From assembly GCA_023444045.1 (NCBI GenBank), contig JAEZRQ010000001.1, positions 2,000-65,999 on the forward strand: a DNA stretch of 64,000 nt, read 5' to 3'. The DNA comes from Candidatus Parcubacteria bacterium. Its GTDB lineage: Bacteria > Patescibacteriota > Patescibacteriia > Patescibacteriales > UBA12465. Both the position numbers and the translations under genes were made by a program. The notes under the pieces are model-generated. The model was not told the DNA's origin. It ran no database searches and was given only the letters and a program-made list of their open reading frames with translations. This document shows, one piece after another, positions 36,587 to 46,109 of the stretch; positions within the stretch are counted from its first letter, which is position 1, and the number at the start of each line of letters is the position of its first letter.

Positions 36587-36973
36587 ATGCTAACTAAAAT
36601 TAAACAAATTAAATATCTACTTTTAGCCTTTTGTTTATTATTTGTACCAAAGTTATCTTCTGCGGTTGGCCTTGATGATGCTTTTTCAAACCCAGACAGC
36701 TCTAATCTTGGGGTTTTTACTAAAAGTGCTAATATACCCGCTCAAGGAGACTTAGAGTTTTATATTGGTACTATCTTAACAGCCCTTTTTTCAATTTTAG
36801 GAGTTATTTCAATCGCTTTACTAATATACAGTGGTTATATCTGGATGACAGCTCGTGGCAACGAATCTAAGGTGACCGAGGCTAAAGAAAATATTTCTAA
36901 TATTTTGATTGGTCTTATATTTATAATTGGTAGTTATGCCTTAACTACCTTCCTACTAAAAATATTCTTCTAA
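36587..36973 (+). CDS. VirB2/TrbC-like pilin paralog 4
   Basis: Loop GYIWMTARGNESKVTEAKE. 0-nt gap to the upstream gene. Confidence 0.72.
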   Translation: MLTKIKQIKYLLLAFCLLFVPKLSSAVGLDDAFSNPDSSNLGVFTKSANIPAQGDLEFYIGTILTALFSILGVISIALLIYSGYIWMTARGNESKVTEAKENISNILIGLIFIIGSYALTTFLLKIFF

Positions 36974-36977
36974 TTTT

Positions 36978-37388
36978 ATGGTTAAAAAATTAAAATCTTG
37001 GCTAAACATCGTTTTTCTAACAGTAATTTTAATTGTTCCTGGATTAGTTTTCGCAACCAGTATTAAAAATGCAGAAGATAATGGTGGTGCTATAGATAGA
37101 TTAAATAAAACCGCTACCACCTACGGACCATTTTCAAAAGTAGCTGATGAAACAACTTTAGCTACTACCTTGGGCTTGGTGATTGGTATTGCTCTTAGTA
37201 TCTTAGGTATCATCTTCCTTGTAATTACAATTATTTCTGGCTTTAAGTGGATGACAGCCGAAGGTAATGAAAGTAAAGTGGAACAAGCTAGGGGCACTAT
37301 TACTAGGGCTGTGATTGGTTTAATTGTAGTCATTTCTTCTTATGCTATTTGGATCTTTATCAGAAATAACTTTATTGAAAAAATATGA
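36978..37388 (+). CDS. VirB2/TrbC-like pilin paralog 5
   Basis: Loop GFKWMTAEGNESKVEQARG. Confidence 0.72.
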   Translation: MVKKLKSWLNIVFLTVILIVPGLVFATSIKNAEDNGGAIDRLNKTATTYGPFSKVADETTLATTLGLVIGIALSILGIIFLVITIISGFKWMTAEGNESKVEQARGTITRAVIGLIVVISSYAIWIFIRNNFIEKI

Positions 37389-37804
37389 TGATTTTAAAAA
37401 GAATTAAGGCACTATTATTTAGTTTAATTGGGCTATTTGCTTCCGCTTCCTATGCTTTCGCGACTGGTCTTAAAACAGATGATCTAAAAAAACAAGACGA
37501 TGCCATTGCTGGAGCGGCTGGTTTAGCTGGTAATAGCAACTTAGCTAATGTTATCTCTATTTTAATCTCAGTGATTCTAGGATTTTTAGGTATAGTATTT
37601 CTGGTTTTAACTATTATGGCTGGATTTAAGTGGATGATGTCACAAGGTAACGAAGATGAAATTAAAAAAGCTAAGGGGTCACTTAAAAATTCTATTATTG
37701 GCTTAGTTATTGTATTAGCTGCCTACGCAATCACTTATTCTATCTTCAGATATTTACCATTTTCTAGTAACTCTACTGGTGGAGGTGGTGGAACGGGTTT
37801 ATAA
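37385..37804 (+). CDS. VirB2/TrbC-like pilin paralog 6 (Gly-rich C-terminal tail)
   Basis: Loop GFKWMMSQGNEDEIKKAKG. ATGA overlap with paralog 5. C-terminus is STGGGGGTGL. Confidence 0.72.
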   Translation: MMILKRIKALLFSLIGLFASASYAFATGLKTDDLKKQDDAIAGAAGLAGNSNLANVISILISVILGFLGIVFLVLTIMAGFKWMMSQGNEDEIKKAKGSLKNSIIGLVIVLAAYAITYSIFRYLPFSSNSTGGGGGTGL

Positions 37805-37831
37805 AAATAAAAACTTACATAAAAAAGAAAA

Positions 37832-37866
37832 GAGGTGGTTCTTTACGAACTACCTCCTTTTTTATT
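37832..37866. terminator. Bidirectional terminator between the pilin array and the convergent gene
   Basis: gaggtggttc-tttac-gaactacctc (one G-U pair) followed by cttttttatt. Confidence 0.75.
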
Positions 37867-37868
37867 GT

Positions 37869-38582
37869 TTAGTGATCACTTAAAAATTTAACTGCCCCAC
37901 CATATATTTCTCTGCCGTCTGCCCACTTAACAACAGCTGGATCAATTTCCGTCACCACTGTTGCGTAGTATGAGCCACACAACATATCAACTTCATATTC
38001 ACCAGGAGCTAAGTCAATCAAGCGCCTTTCCTGGGGATTAAGAATATAGACCAGAGGACTTACTTCCCTCATTCCTCTGGGATAGATTTTAAAGGTGGTG
38101 AGTTCCCCTAGCCCCTGCTTCAAATTCATTAATAAGGCAGGATACTTTTTAACTTCTCCAGTGGCTCCAATCCTCTCCTTAAAAATCTGCGCCCTTACCC
38201 GTCTTTTATAGGTAATGGGGCCCATTTCTTCAGGAAGATTGCTCTTCTGATCAGCTTCAGCGCGATATGAAGTTGCCGCCAAAGACGTTTCTTTAAGCTT
38301 AGAGATGGTTACCTCTAAAGCTTTTCTTTCTTCTTTAAGCTTAACAACCTCCTCAGATGCAAAGTGTTTTTCCCTTTGCAGTTGGGTCAGGGCGCTATTT
38401 TTAGCCTTAGCTATTTCTTTATCCAGAGTTACCTCCAGATAGAAAATGCGGCTTTTCACCCTCTCAAGCCTCTTTTCGAGGACAGAAATGTCCTCAGAGG
38501 TGCGACTTTTTACCTCTTCATAAGTCTGGGCATTAGTTCCAATGGCTACCATCAGAACCAAAAATAGCATAATCTGTTTCAT
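37869..38582 (-). CDS. Secreted coiled-coil protein, function unknown; compositionally atypical (higher G+C)
   Basis: Signal peptide MKQIMLFLVLMVAIGTNAQT, ~90 aa of coiled coil, then a beta-rich C-terminus. It is visibly richer in G/C-ending codons than its neighbours. Confidence 0.6.
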   Translation of the reverse strand: MKQIMLFLVLMVAIGTNAQTYEEVKSRTSEDISVLEKRLERVKSRIFYLEVTLDKEIAKAKNSALTQLQREKHFASEEVVKLKEERKALEVTISKLKETSLAATSYRAEADQKSNLPEEMGPITYKRRVRAQIFKERIGATGEVKKYPALLMNLKQGLGELTTFKIYPRGMREVSPLVYILNPQERRLIDLAPGEYEVDMLCGSYYATVVTEIDPAVVKWADGREIYGGAVKFLSDH

Positions 38583-38785
38583 GATCTATTATTTTTTGTT
38601 AATTTACGGTTTTACTTGGCTAAAAACTCTACTTTCAGCTTAGATGATTATAACATATTTATAGCTTAATGTCAATGACTTATCCCCAACCACGGTCTTG
38701 ACGTAAAATTGTAACTATGCTATAAATAAGGGTCGCGAAAAAATGCCCAATAATAAGGGTTTTTATTTTCGCCAAAAATAAATTT

Positions 38786-39361
38786 ATGAAAAAACGTCTG
38801 CAAAAAATTGCCGAGGACCTAGTGCCTCTCAGTAGCAAGCAAAATTTAATTCTTTTTTTAATTATTGCTTGTGTTTTTCAATTTCTATTCTTCTTTACTC
38901 CAGCTTTAGCCGCTGAAACCGTTGCTAACCAAGAACAAGAAGAAATGATTAGTCTTGGTGACTTAGAAAAAAGTGAGGCTATGGAAGAAAATGCTCAGAA
39001 AATAGCTGATACCATTACCGTAAACAACGCCTTACCAAAAAATAAAGATTATAAGGTTAAAAGTGTCAGCACTCACGTCATTACTGCTTATAACTCTGAG
39101 CCAGGGCAAACCGACGATTCTCCTTGTATCACAGCCAACGGCTTTAATGTTTGTGATCATGGTGAAGAAGACACTATTGCCGCTAATTTCTTAAAGTTTG
39201 GCACTAAAGTGAGAATTCCCGAACTATTTGGTGACCGAGTATTTATCGTCCGTGATCGTATGAATCAAAAACACCCTAACCGAGTTGATATCTGGATGAA
39301 AGAAAAGTCAGCCGCCATTAAATTCGGTGTCAAAACAGCTAAAATAGAAGTATTAGAATAA
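38786..39361 (+). CDS. 3D-domain (MltA/RlpA-like double-psi beta-barrel) cell-wall protein
   Basis: VITAYNSEPGQTDDSPCITANG...GTKVRIPELFGDRVFIVRDRMN...RVDIWM, the typical 3D domain pattern, preceded by an N-terminal TM/signal segment. Confidence 0.75.
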   Translation: MKKRLQKIAEDLVPLSSKQNLILFLIIACVFQFLFFFTPALAAETVANQEQEEMISLGDLEKSEAMEENAQKIADTITVNNALPKNKDYKVKSVSTHVITAYNSEPGQTDDSPCITANGFNVCDHGEEDTIAANFLKFGTKVRIPELFGDRVFIVRDRMNQKHPNRVDIWMKEKSAAIKFGVKTAKIEVLE

Positions 39362-39467
39362 TAATTTTTAAATCAATCTAAGAAAGACGCTCTACCAGGA
39401 GCGTCTTTTTTAGTTAAACTTCCAGATTCTTTACATTAAATAAATAATTAGCTAAGATATAAAACAC

Positions 39468-39549
39468 GCGGACGTGGCGAAATTGGTAGACGCACTTGCC
39501 TTAGGAGCAAGCGGGGCAACTCATGAGAGTTCGAGTCTCTCCGTCCGCA
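39468..39549 (+). tRNA. tRNA-Leu (anticodon UAG), class II
   Basis: Acceptor GCGGACG/CGTCCGC, anticodon loop CTTAGGA, T arm GAGAGTTCGAGTCTCTC. The lgt ATG starts 2 nt after the tRNA. Confidence 0.92.
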
Positions 39550-39550
39550 C

Positions 39551-40348
39551 ATGTTTTCTTGGCTTCACAACTTTAACCCTAATCCTGTTCTAGTGAGTTT
39601 AGGCCCAATCAATCTTTATTGGTATGGGTTTTTTATTGTTTTGGGGATTATCGCCGCCTTATCTTTAGCGCTTTATTTAGGTAAAAAAAATTCCATCGAT
39701 AAAAACAAAGTCTGGGATTTGGCTTTCTATTTGGTTTTGTTTGGTATAATCGGTGCCAGAATCTATGAAATTTTTTTAGAACTGCCTTATTATCTTAGAA
39801 ACCCTCTACAAATAATAAAAATCTGGGAAGGTGGTTTAGCAATCCATGGTGGTATTATTGCTGGTATAATTGTTTTAGTAGTTTTTGCTAAGAAAAACCA
39901 GCTTAGTTTTTGGAAACTGGGTGCCATCTTTGCGCCCGGAATCGCCTTAGGTCAAGCTATTGGTCGTTTTGGTAATTGGTTTAATCAAGAGCTTTTTGGT
40001 TTGTCAACAAATTTACCATGGGGCATTCCAATCCCCTTAATGAAAAGACCCTTAGAATTTATCAGTTTTGAATATTTTCATCCCACATTTTTATATGAAA
40101 GTCTTGGCTCTTTGTTAATTGCTATTTTATTAGTTATAATAATAAAGAGAAACAATAACTTAAGTGATGTATTGTCACAAAAAGTAGTTTTACTTTATTT
40201 ATTTTTATATTCTTGGCTACGATTTTTACTGGAGTTTATTAAAATAGATAAAACTCCGGAATTTATTGGTCTGCGCTGGCCGCAAATTATTAGTCTATTA
40301 ATTATTTGTTTAGTTGTTTTTATTTATCAAAAAAGAAAAAATGTTTAA
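39551..40348 (+). CDS. lgt: Prolipoprotein diacylglyceryl transferase
   Basis: YGFFIVLGI, WEGGLAIHGG and GRFGNWFNQELFG motifs. Confidence 0.9.
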   Translation: MFSWLHNFNPNPVLVSLGPINLYWYGFFIVLGIIAALSLALYLGKKNSIDKNKVWDLAFYLVLFGIIGARIYEIFLELPYYLRNPLQIIKIWEGGLAIHGGIIAGIIVLVVFAKKNQLSFWKLGAIFAPGIALGQAIGRFGNWFNQELFGLSTNLPWGIPIPLMKRPLEFISFEYFHPTFLYESLGSLLIAILLVIIIKRNNNLSDVLSQKVVLLYLFLYSWLRFLLEFIKIDKTPEFIGLRWPQIISLLIICLVVFIYQKRKNV

Positions 40349-41519
40349 TTTATTTTTTTGGAGAAAACCAAAAGTTAATCTAATTATTATTTATTTAATG
40401 GCTTTTTTTTGGGCCTTAGCGGCAGCACTACCTGCCTACGTCCAATCTAGTTATTTAGAAAATTTCATCGGCCTCTCGGCTGTTACCTGGTTTTTTATCT
40501 TTGCTAATTTAATATCTTTTTTTAGCATAATTTTTTTTCCCAGACTAATTAAAAAGTTTGGTAATTACCTAAGCACTGGTTTAATCGCTTCTTTAGCTTT
40601 AGTTTCTTTTATCGGTTTAGGTCTTTCAACTAGAGCGGCTTTTATTTTTTTATTTTTTGCCTTAATGCAACTTAGTATTAATCTTGTTTGGATTAATATG
40701 GATATTTTTTTGGAAAGCTTTTCCAAAGATGCTTCTACCGGAAAGACTAGAACAATTTATTTTACAATAATTAACCTTGCCTGGGTTTTATCACCGAACT
40801 TATCTGCTTGGTTAATTAGCTTATTGGATTATAAAGGTGTCTTTTTGGTTTCCGCTTCTTTAATTATTCCTTTTTTGTTAATTTTTGTTTTTCAAGGAAA
40901 TAAAATAAAAAGTGAGATAAAATATAAGAAAGAAAGAATTTTGAAGACTGTCCGTGAAATGTTAAAAAATAAAAATTTAAAGGGAGTTTACTGGTTGGCC
41001 GCGCTTTTAAATGTTTTTTATAGTGTGGCAACCGTTTTTGTACCAATATATCTTCACAAAACACTAGGTTTTTCTTGGGCAGAGCTTGGTCTAGCTTTCT
41101 CTATTATGCTTATTCCTTTCTTAATTGTAGAGATTCCGGCGGGAATTATTGCTGATAAATATCTAGGAGAAAAAGAATTCTTTTTTATTGGTTTTACAAT
41201 AATAATTACCTGTTTAATTATTTTCTTCTATAGCACTTCTTTAAATATTTGGTTCTGGGCAGCAATTCTGTTTATTAGTCGTATCGGAGCCGCTTTAGTA
41301 GAAGCGATGAGAGAGTCTTATTTCTTTAAGAATGTCAGCGCTAGTGATGTTAATAAGATCAATCTCTTTAGAACTGCGACCCCCTTTGGTTACCTTTTAG
41401 GAACCGCTCTAGCAACTGTGATTTTATTATTTTTGCCAATTCAATACATTTTTGCTTTAATAGCTTTATTTATTTTTTCAGCTTTCCCAGCATTATTTGG
41501 TATTAAAGACACTAAATAA
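40341..41519 (+). CDS. MFS-type transporter
   Basis: About 12 TM segments with MFS-like spacing. Start placed at ATG 40341, overlapping the lgt stop. Confidence 0.65.
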   Translation: MFNLFFWRKPKVNLIIIYLMAFFWALAAALPAYVQSSYLENFIGLSAVTWFFIFANLISFFSIIFFPRLIKKFGNYLSTGLIASLALVSFIGLGLSTRAAFIFLFFALMQLSINLVWINMDIFLESFSKDASTGKTRTIYFTIINLAWVLSPNLSAWLISLLDYKGVFLVSASLIIPFLLIFVFQGNKIKSEIKYKKERILKTVREMLKNKNLKGVYWLAALLNVFYSVATVFVPIYLHKTLGFSWAELGLAFSIMLIPFLIVEIPAGIIADKYLGEKEFFFIGFTIIITCLIIFFYSTSLNIWFWAAILFISRIGAALVEAMRESYFFKNVSASDVNKINLFRTATPFGYLLGTALATVILLFLPIQYIFALIALFIFSAFPALFGIKDTK

Positions 41520-41568
41520 TAGTTGACTTGTTGCCCTTCTTTAGTTATTATAGAAAAAGGTTGATCAG

Positions 41569-41640
41569 GCGGGTATCGTATAATGGCTTTTATATCAGCC
41601 TTCCAAGCTGAGGATGGGGGTTCGATTCCCCCTACCCGCT
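41569..41640 (+). tRNA. tRNA-Gly (anticodon UCC)
   Basis: Acceptor GCGGGTA/TACCCGC, anticodon loop CTTCCAA, T arm GGGGGTTCGATTCCCCC. Confidence 0.9.
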
Positions 41641-41726
41641 CCCTAAAAATTCTAGTTTTGCTAGGATTTTTTGTTTATTTGCCAAAGAAACTAAATATGA
41701 GATAATTAGTCTATAAGAATCTTTAT

Positions 41727-42812
41727 ATGAAATACCTATTTTTTGTCCAAAGTGAGGGGCGAGGACACTTAACTCAAGCACTAACCGTAGCTAAAGAAAT
41801 AAGAGGTCTTGGGCATGAGTTAGTTGGGGTTATTATGAATCAAAATCCAATTAGAAAGATTCCTGATTTTTTTATTGATGAAATTGGCGCCCCAATTCAC
41901 TACATTAAAAGTCCTTATTTTTTAATGAATAAAGAAGGCAATGGAATTGATTTTAGTAAAAGCGTTATTTTTAACCTTTTTCGCCTTAAAGCTTATATTC
42001 AAAGTTTAAAAGTTATCAATAAATTATATAAAAAATACCAGCCAGACGTGGTGCTTAATTTTTTTGAACCATTATTTGGTTTCTACAATCTATTTTTTAA
42101 ACATAAGATTCCGTCCTTTTCAATTGGTCACCAATTTTTTATTAACCACCCAGTTTTTAACAGACCAAAGGGGTATTTTAAGGACTATCAATATTTTTCT
42201 TTTTACAACCAGATAACTTCCTACGGATCAACCGCTTTAATAGCTCTATCATTCACCAAAGAAGAAGATTTACCAGAAGAGAATTTGTTTGTTTGCCCTC
42301 CACTTCTAAGACCAGAGATCAGAAAACTATCTCCTCAAAAAAAAGGCTTTATTTTGTCGTATATTTTAAACTCAGGATATTTTGAAGAAATTAAAAGCTG
42401 GGCGGAAAAAAATCCTAGCCAAAAAGTTGAAGCATTTTGGGATAAAAAAGATGAAACCGAAGCCAAACAGTTTGGATTAAATCTCACCTTTCATCCCTTA
42501 AGTGGCCATAAATTTATAGAGTTGCTTAGTGATTGCTCTACTTATATCTCTACTGGCGGCTTTGAATCAATTTGTGAGGCGGCTTATTTGCAAAAAGATG
42601 TGTTAATGGTGCCAACTAAAAATCATTACGAACAGCTTTGCAACGCTTATGATGCTTACCGAGCGGGATTGGCAATCTTTGACTCTTTTTTCAACATTGA
42701 TCTAATAGTTAAAAATAAAAAAATTCTCCCCGAAGAATCAAGAAGAATTTTTAAAGATTGGGTTGATAGAGAATCAAATAAACTAATAGATATTATTACC
42801 CTAAAGAGTTAG
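41727..42812 (+). CDS. GT-B glycosyltransferase (MJ1255/TIGR00661-like)
   Basis: N-terminal FFVQSEGRGHLTQALTVA (GxGHxxxA motif of the MurG/GT28-like fold). The family name is from memory. Confidence 0.55.
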   Translation: MKYLFFVQSEGRGHLTQALTVAKEIRGLGHELVGVIMNQNPIRKIPDFFIDEIGAPIHYIKSPYFLMNKEGNGIDFSKSVIFNLFRLKAYIQSLKVINKLYKKYQPDVVLNFFEPLFGFYNLFFKHKIPSFSIGHQFFINHPVFNRPKGYFKDYQYFSFYNQITSYGSTALIALSFTKEEDLPEENLFVCPPLLRPEIRKLSPQKKGFILSYILNSGYFEEIKSWAEKNPSQKVEAFWDKKDETEAKQFGLNLTFHPLSGHKFIELLSDCSTYISTGGFESICEAAYLQKDVLMVPTKNHYEQLCNAYDAYRAGLAIFDSFFNIDLIVKNKKILPEESRRIFKDWVDRESNKLIDIITLKS

Positions 42813-43843
42813 TCAAAAAGAGTTTTTCCAAGCTCCCAATAAGCTTCATTCCCATAGAGCTTTTGCCAATACCACCATTCAACCCCCCAAACATAGGTCT
42901 GTTTAAAGCCGGTGTTGATTGCATACTGTAAATTAGCCCTAAACTGCTTTAAGCTCATTGATTTATCTATCTGTTTTTGAGTAAGATAAATCATTTTTCC
43001 TTGAGGAACCCAAGGCTCGGTTTGGAGCTCCATGTTAATAGTCTCACGTGGCTTAACACCAGCTAAATATGTTTTTAGTCGGTAAAAGCTGTTTGGGAAA
43101 AAATATCTCACATAACCAAACCAGTTGTTATAAACAACCCGGTACATTGTAACCCCTAAAATATCACCAGCCTTAGCTTCTTTTCGAAATGAGCTCATCT
43201 CTCCAGAACCGGTAATAATAACTGGTCGGGAATCTAGTGACTTTACTAAAGCAATCTCCCTTTCAAAAAACATCTCATCAAATTTTGGACAAACACCAAA
43301 AGTTCCTAAAAATGGTTCATTCTCTACCTGCCAATAAATAATGTTGGGATTATTTTTATATCTTAAAACTACTATTTCTATTAATTTTAAAAGACTGGCC
43401 TGATTTTTAGTCACACTCTTTTTATTAGTCCAAGCCGGACTATGACACTCTGGCCAACGAGGTTGACGACGACCAAGGCTAATTATTATTTTAGCATCTC
43501 TAGCGCTGGCCTCATTGACTAAATAATCCATATCCTCAAAATCATAAACACCATCTTCTTTTTCAATCTCATCCCAATAAGCCGGCAGCCTTAAATAACG
43601 AATTTTTAGGTCATCAAGAATTGCTTGATAGGTTTCTTTAAAATCAAGTTCCAGTTCTTGGGCAAATTTTTTAGAAAAAGTGGCCCCAAATTCACCACTT
43701 TGGTGTTCTAAATCTATTTTTAAGGGATAGTGTTTAAATACTTTAAGACTTAAAATTAAAAAAATGAAAATAAAAAAAATAGCTCCTAAAATAACAATTT
43801 TTTTTCTTTTTTTGTGATGAATAAGATTAAACATATAAAGCAA
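42809..43843 (-). CDS. Membrane-anchored clan GH-A glycoside hydrolase-like protein
   Basis: N-terminal TM; WQVENEPF (NEP acid/base motif) and a later ELQTEPW segment (candidate nucleophile Glu). Confidence 0.5.
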   Translation of the reverse strand: MLYMFNLIHHKKRKKIVILGAIFFIFIFLILSLKVFKHYPLKIDLEHQSGEFGATFSKKFAQELELDFKETYQAILDDLKIRYLRLPAYWDEIEKEDGVYDFEDMDYLVNEASARDAKIIISLGRRQPRWPECHSPAWTNKKSVTKNQASLLKLIEIVVLRYKNNPNIIYWQVENEPFLGTFGVCPKFDEMFFEREIALVKSLDSRPVIITGSGEMSSFRKEAKAGDILGVTMYRVVYNNWFGYVRYFFPNSFYRLKTYLAGVKPRETINMELQTEPWVPQGKMIYLTQKQIDKSMSLKQFRANLQYAINTGFKQTYVWGVEWWYWQKLYGNEAYWELGKTLFD

Positions 43844-44774
43844 CTAAGTAGAGCCCAAAACTGATAAAAGCTAAGGCTAGTATTTTTTGAATTAATTTTT
43901 TTAAAGAGAATTTTTCTTTATACTCTTTAAAGAAAAATCCTAAGAAGAAAGAAAAGAACATCATAACAGCATATTGAAAACCTTGCAGAGCAGTAATAAT
44001 TGCCACCGGACCTAAAAAGATGGCGTAGTTTTGCAAAATAAAACTAAGCGACCCCAACCCCTGATTAAATAAAAACAAAAAAACATTTTTGTTCTTTCTT
44101 TTTTTAGAAGAATCTCCTTTTAAATTGGCAATAATTTCTTGGCGGCTTTTTTTGTTAATTAAGAAGAATAATACCGCTATTAAAGCCCCAAGTCTTACCC
44201 AAATAAAAGCACTCCAAAATTCTTGAACCGAATAAACATATTTAGTAGCTGTAAAAAATAGGGCATAGAACAGAGCCGCTAAAACAGTCAAACGCAGCGA
44301 CCTTCTTTTATAAGTCTCCGATCTTAAATTGAGCCAAATTTTTTCCCAAAAAGAATGACTGCTTGGCAATAGAGCAATTAAGAAAATTCCTAGTAATAAA
44401 AAAATTAAGCCAATTAACTGACCCAAAACAAAACTTTCTTTTAAAAAAACCCAACTTATAATAGTAGAAAAAATAGGAATTAAACCCCCAATTAAGATAA
44501 TTGTTTTAGCCGCTTCACCACGCCTTAAAGCTTCATACAAAAAGAAAAGGGCGGCCGCAAAAAGAAAGCCAGTTAGGATGTTGGAGGCAAACAGAGACAA
44601 CCCAGGATAATAAAGAAACCAAGGTGCTATTAAAAACACCAAAGCCCCCAGCAGACAAACTAAAAAAGCGTAAGTCTTGCTACTTCTTAAAACATTATCA
44701 ATTAAAAATTTGTCTGTTAAGTTAACTACCGCTAATAAAAAATACGATAGAATTGCCACCACAAACCAGTTCAT
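43827..44774 (-). CDS. EamA/DMT-family membrane transporter
   Basis: 10 TM segments in two halves. Confidence 0.6.
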   Translation of the reverse strand: MNWFVVAILSYFLLAVVNLTDKFLIDNVLRSSKTYAFLVCLLGALVFLIAPWFLYYPGLSLFASNILTGFLFAAALFFLYEALRRGEAAKTIILIGGLIPIFSTIISWVFLKESFVLGQLIGLIFLLLGIFLIALLPSSHSFWEKIWLNLRSETYKRRSLRLTVLAALFYALFFTATKYVYSVQEFWSAFIWVRLGALIAVLFFLINKKSRQEIIANLKGDSSKKRKNKNVFLFLFNQGLGSLSFILQNYAIFLGPVAIITALQGFQYAVMMFFSFFLGFFFKEYKEKFSLKKLIQKILALAFISFGLYLVALYV

Positions 44775-44781
44775 AAGTTAG

Positions 44782-46056
44782 TTATTTATCAAATAATTTT
44801 TCAATATTATAAGTACCCATTACTTCAGCATTTAAAAAACCATCCATAGCTGCTTTAGCTAGTCTTCCTGAATCCAATAAATCAGGTAGCCACTCTTCTA
44901 CATGCTCTGGATCACCGGAGTCAATCCCCGAACCAACACCCATCAACCACTCTCTATTAAAATCTTCCTGAGAACCAACTGGTTGTGACATAATAATTGG
45001 CAGTCCTAAAGCACTATAAAAAGAAAGTTCCGATGGTTTGGTCCATAAAATATCACTACTTCTTAAAGAGGTGCTAAACTCTCTAAAATAATCTATTTTA
45101 TTTTCCGCAAAGATAACTCTTACATTAACATTATTATCAAGACTAAGTTCTTTAATTCCATTGTTAAAATAGTCTCTTACCTCGGGGCGGCTACCGGCTA
45201 CTAAATTAATTGCTATCTCACCGCTTAAAATTTTCTCTTTTAAATTCCTTAAGATCACTAAACCAATTTCTTTTTGCGCACCAGCACCACCAACTGCATA
45301 AGTAATAGTTAGGGGGCGATTAACTGCCTTGGATTCTGGCAGATGCTCTTCAACTAAAGAAGAATATTTCTCGTGATAAGTTCCTTTCGGATCTAAAACT
45401 TTTAATCTTAAGGCTAAATCATTTTTTAAAATTTCTTTACTCTCCCCAATGTTTTCTTTTGGTAAAGGAAAGCCGGTAACAATAAGATTTTTTTCTTTGA
45501 CACCATACATTAAAAACCTTTCTTTTACTTTCTCGCTGGGCAACAAATAAATAACTCTAGTATTTTCTGAATCCATATTAGCCCAAGCTCTAGAAGCGTC
45601 GGTATCACAAATAACACAATAAATATCTCCTTGATAATTTTGAGCCTCAGCAAAATAAGCAGCCACAAAAAAAGTGGTTAAAAATGGTAATTTAGTTTTA
45701 TTCAACTTTTCAACTAAATATTTACCTAGGCCTTTTTTAATAATGCGATAAAAAAATTTTTCTTGAATTGTTGGTTTTGAGAGATCCCGGTTAGGATAGA
45801 ATTCATCTATCTTTTGAAAAGCATCCATTATCTCAAATATGATTGTTCCTAGAAATGGAATCTTTTTTAAACGGGAAATTTTTTCATAAGACTTTAAACT
45901 ATTTTCCCAATATTTTTTTTCCCAAACAGGAATATCATGATAATTATTAATGGTAATAATTTCATGGTTGTTAGCAATCTCAAGTAAGGGGTAAGCTGCC
46001 CTTTGGTGGCCATACCCCATATCAGCGGCCACTAAATTTATTTTTGGATTATTCAT
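44782..46056 (-). CDS. GT-B glycosyltransferase-like protein (MGDG-synthase/MurG-like N-terminus)
   Basis: ADMGYGHQRAAYPL resembles the GxGHxxAAxAL motif of diacylglycerol glycosyltransferases, with a later GGAGAQKE segment. Confidence 0.45.
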   Translation of the reverse strand: MNNPKINLVAADMGYGHQRAAYPLLEIANNHEIITINNYHDIPVWEKKYWENSLKSYEKISRLKKIPFLGTIIFEIMDAFQKIDEFYPNRDLSKPTIQEKFFYRIIKKGLGKYLVEKLNKTKLPFLTTFFVAAYFAEAQNYQGDIYCVICDTDASRAWANMDSENTRVIYLLPSEKVKERFLMYGVKEKNLIVTGFPLPKENIGESKEILKNDLALRLKVLDPKGTYHEKYSSLVEEHLPESKAVNRPLTITYAVGGAGAQKEIGLVILRNLKEKILSGEIAINLVAGSRPEVRDYFNNGIKELSLDNNVNVRVIFAENKIDYFREFSTSLRSSDILWTKPSELSFYSALGLPIIMSQPVGSQEDFNREWLMGVGSGIDSGDPEHVEEWLPDLLDSGRLAKAAMDGFLNAEVMGTYNIEKLFDK

Positions 46057-46109
46057 ATAAAAAAATAGTTTACCCTTATATTATACAGGAAAAACTATCT
46101 TTTAAGAAA

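Noticed and set aside
38700-38785. Hairpin-rich 5' UTR of the 3D-domain gene considered as a c-di-AMP (ydaO-type) riboswitch
   Set aside because: The leader after TTGACG-17-TGcTATAAA is only ~60 nt and forms one simple stem (gcgaaaa.../...ttttcgc). This is far too short for the pseudo-symmetric ydaO fold, and none of the conserved motifs was recognised.
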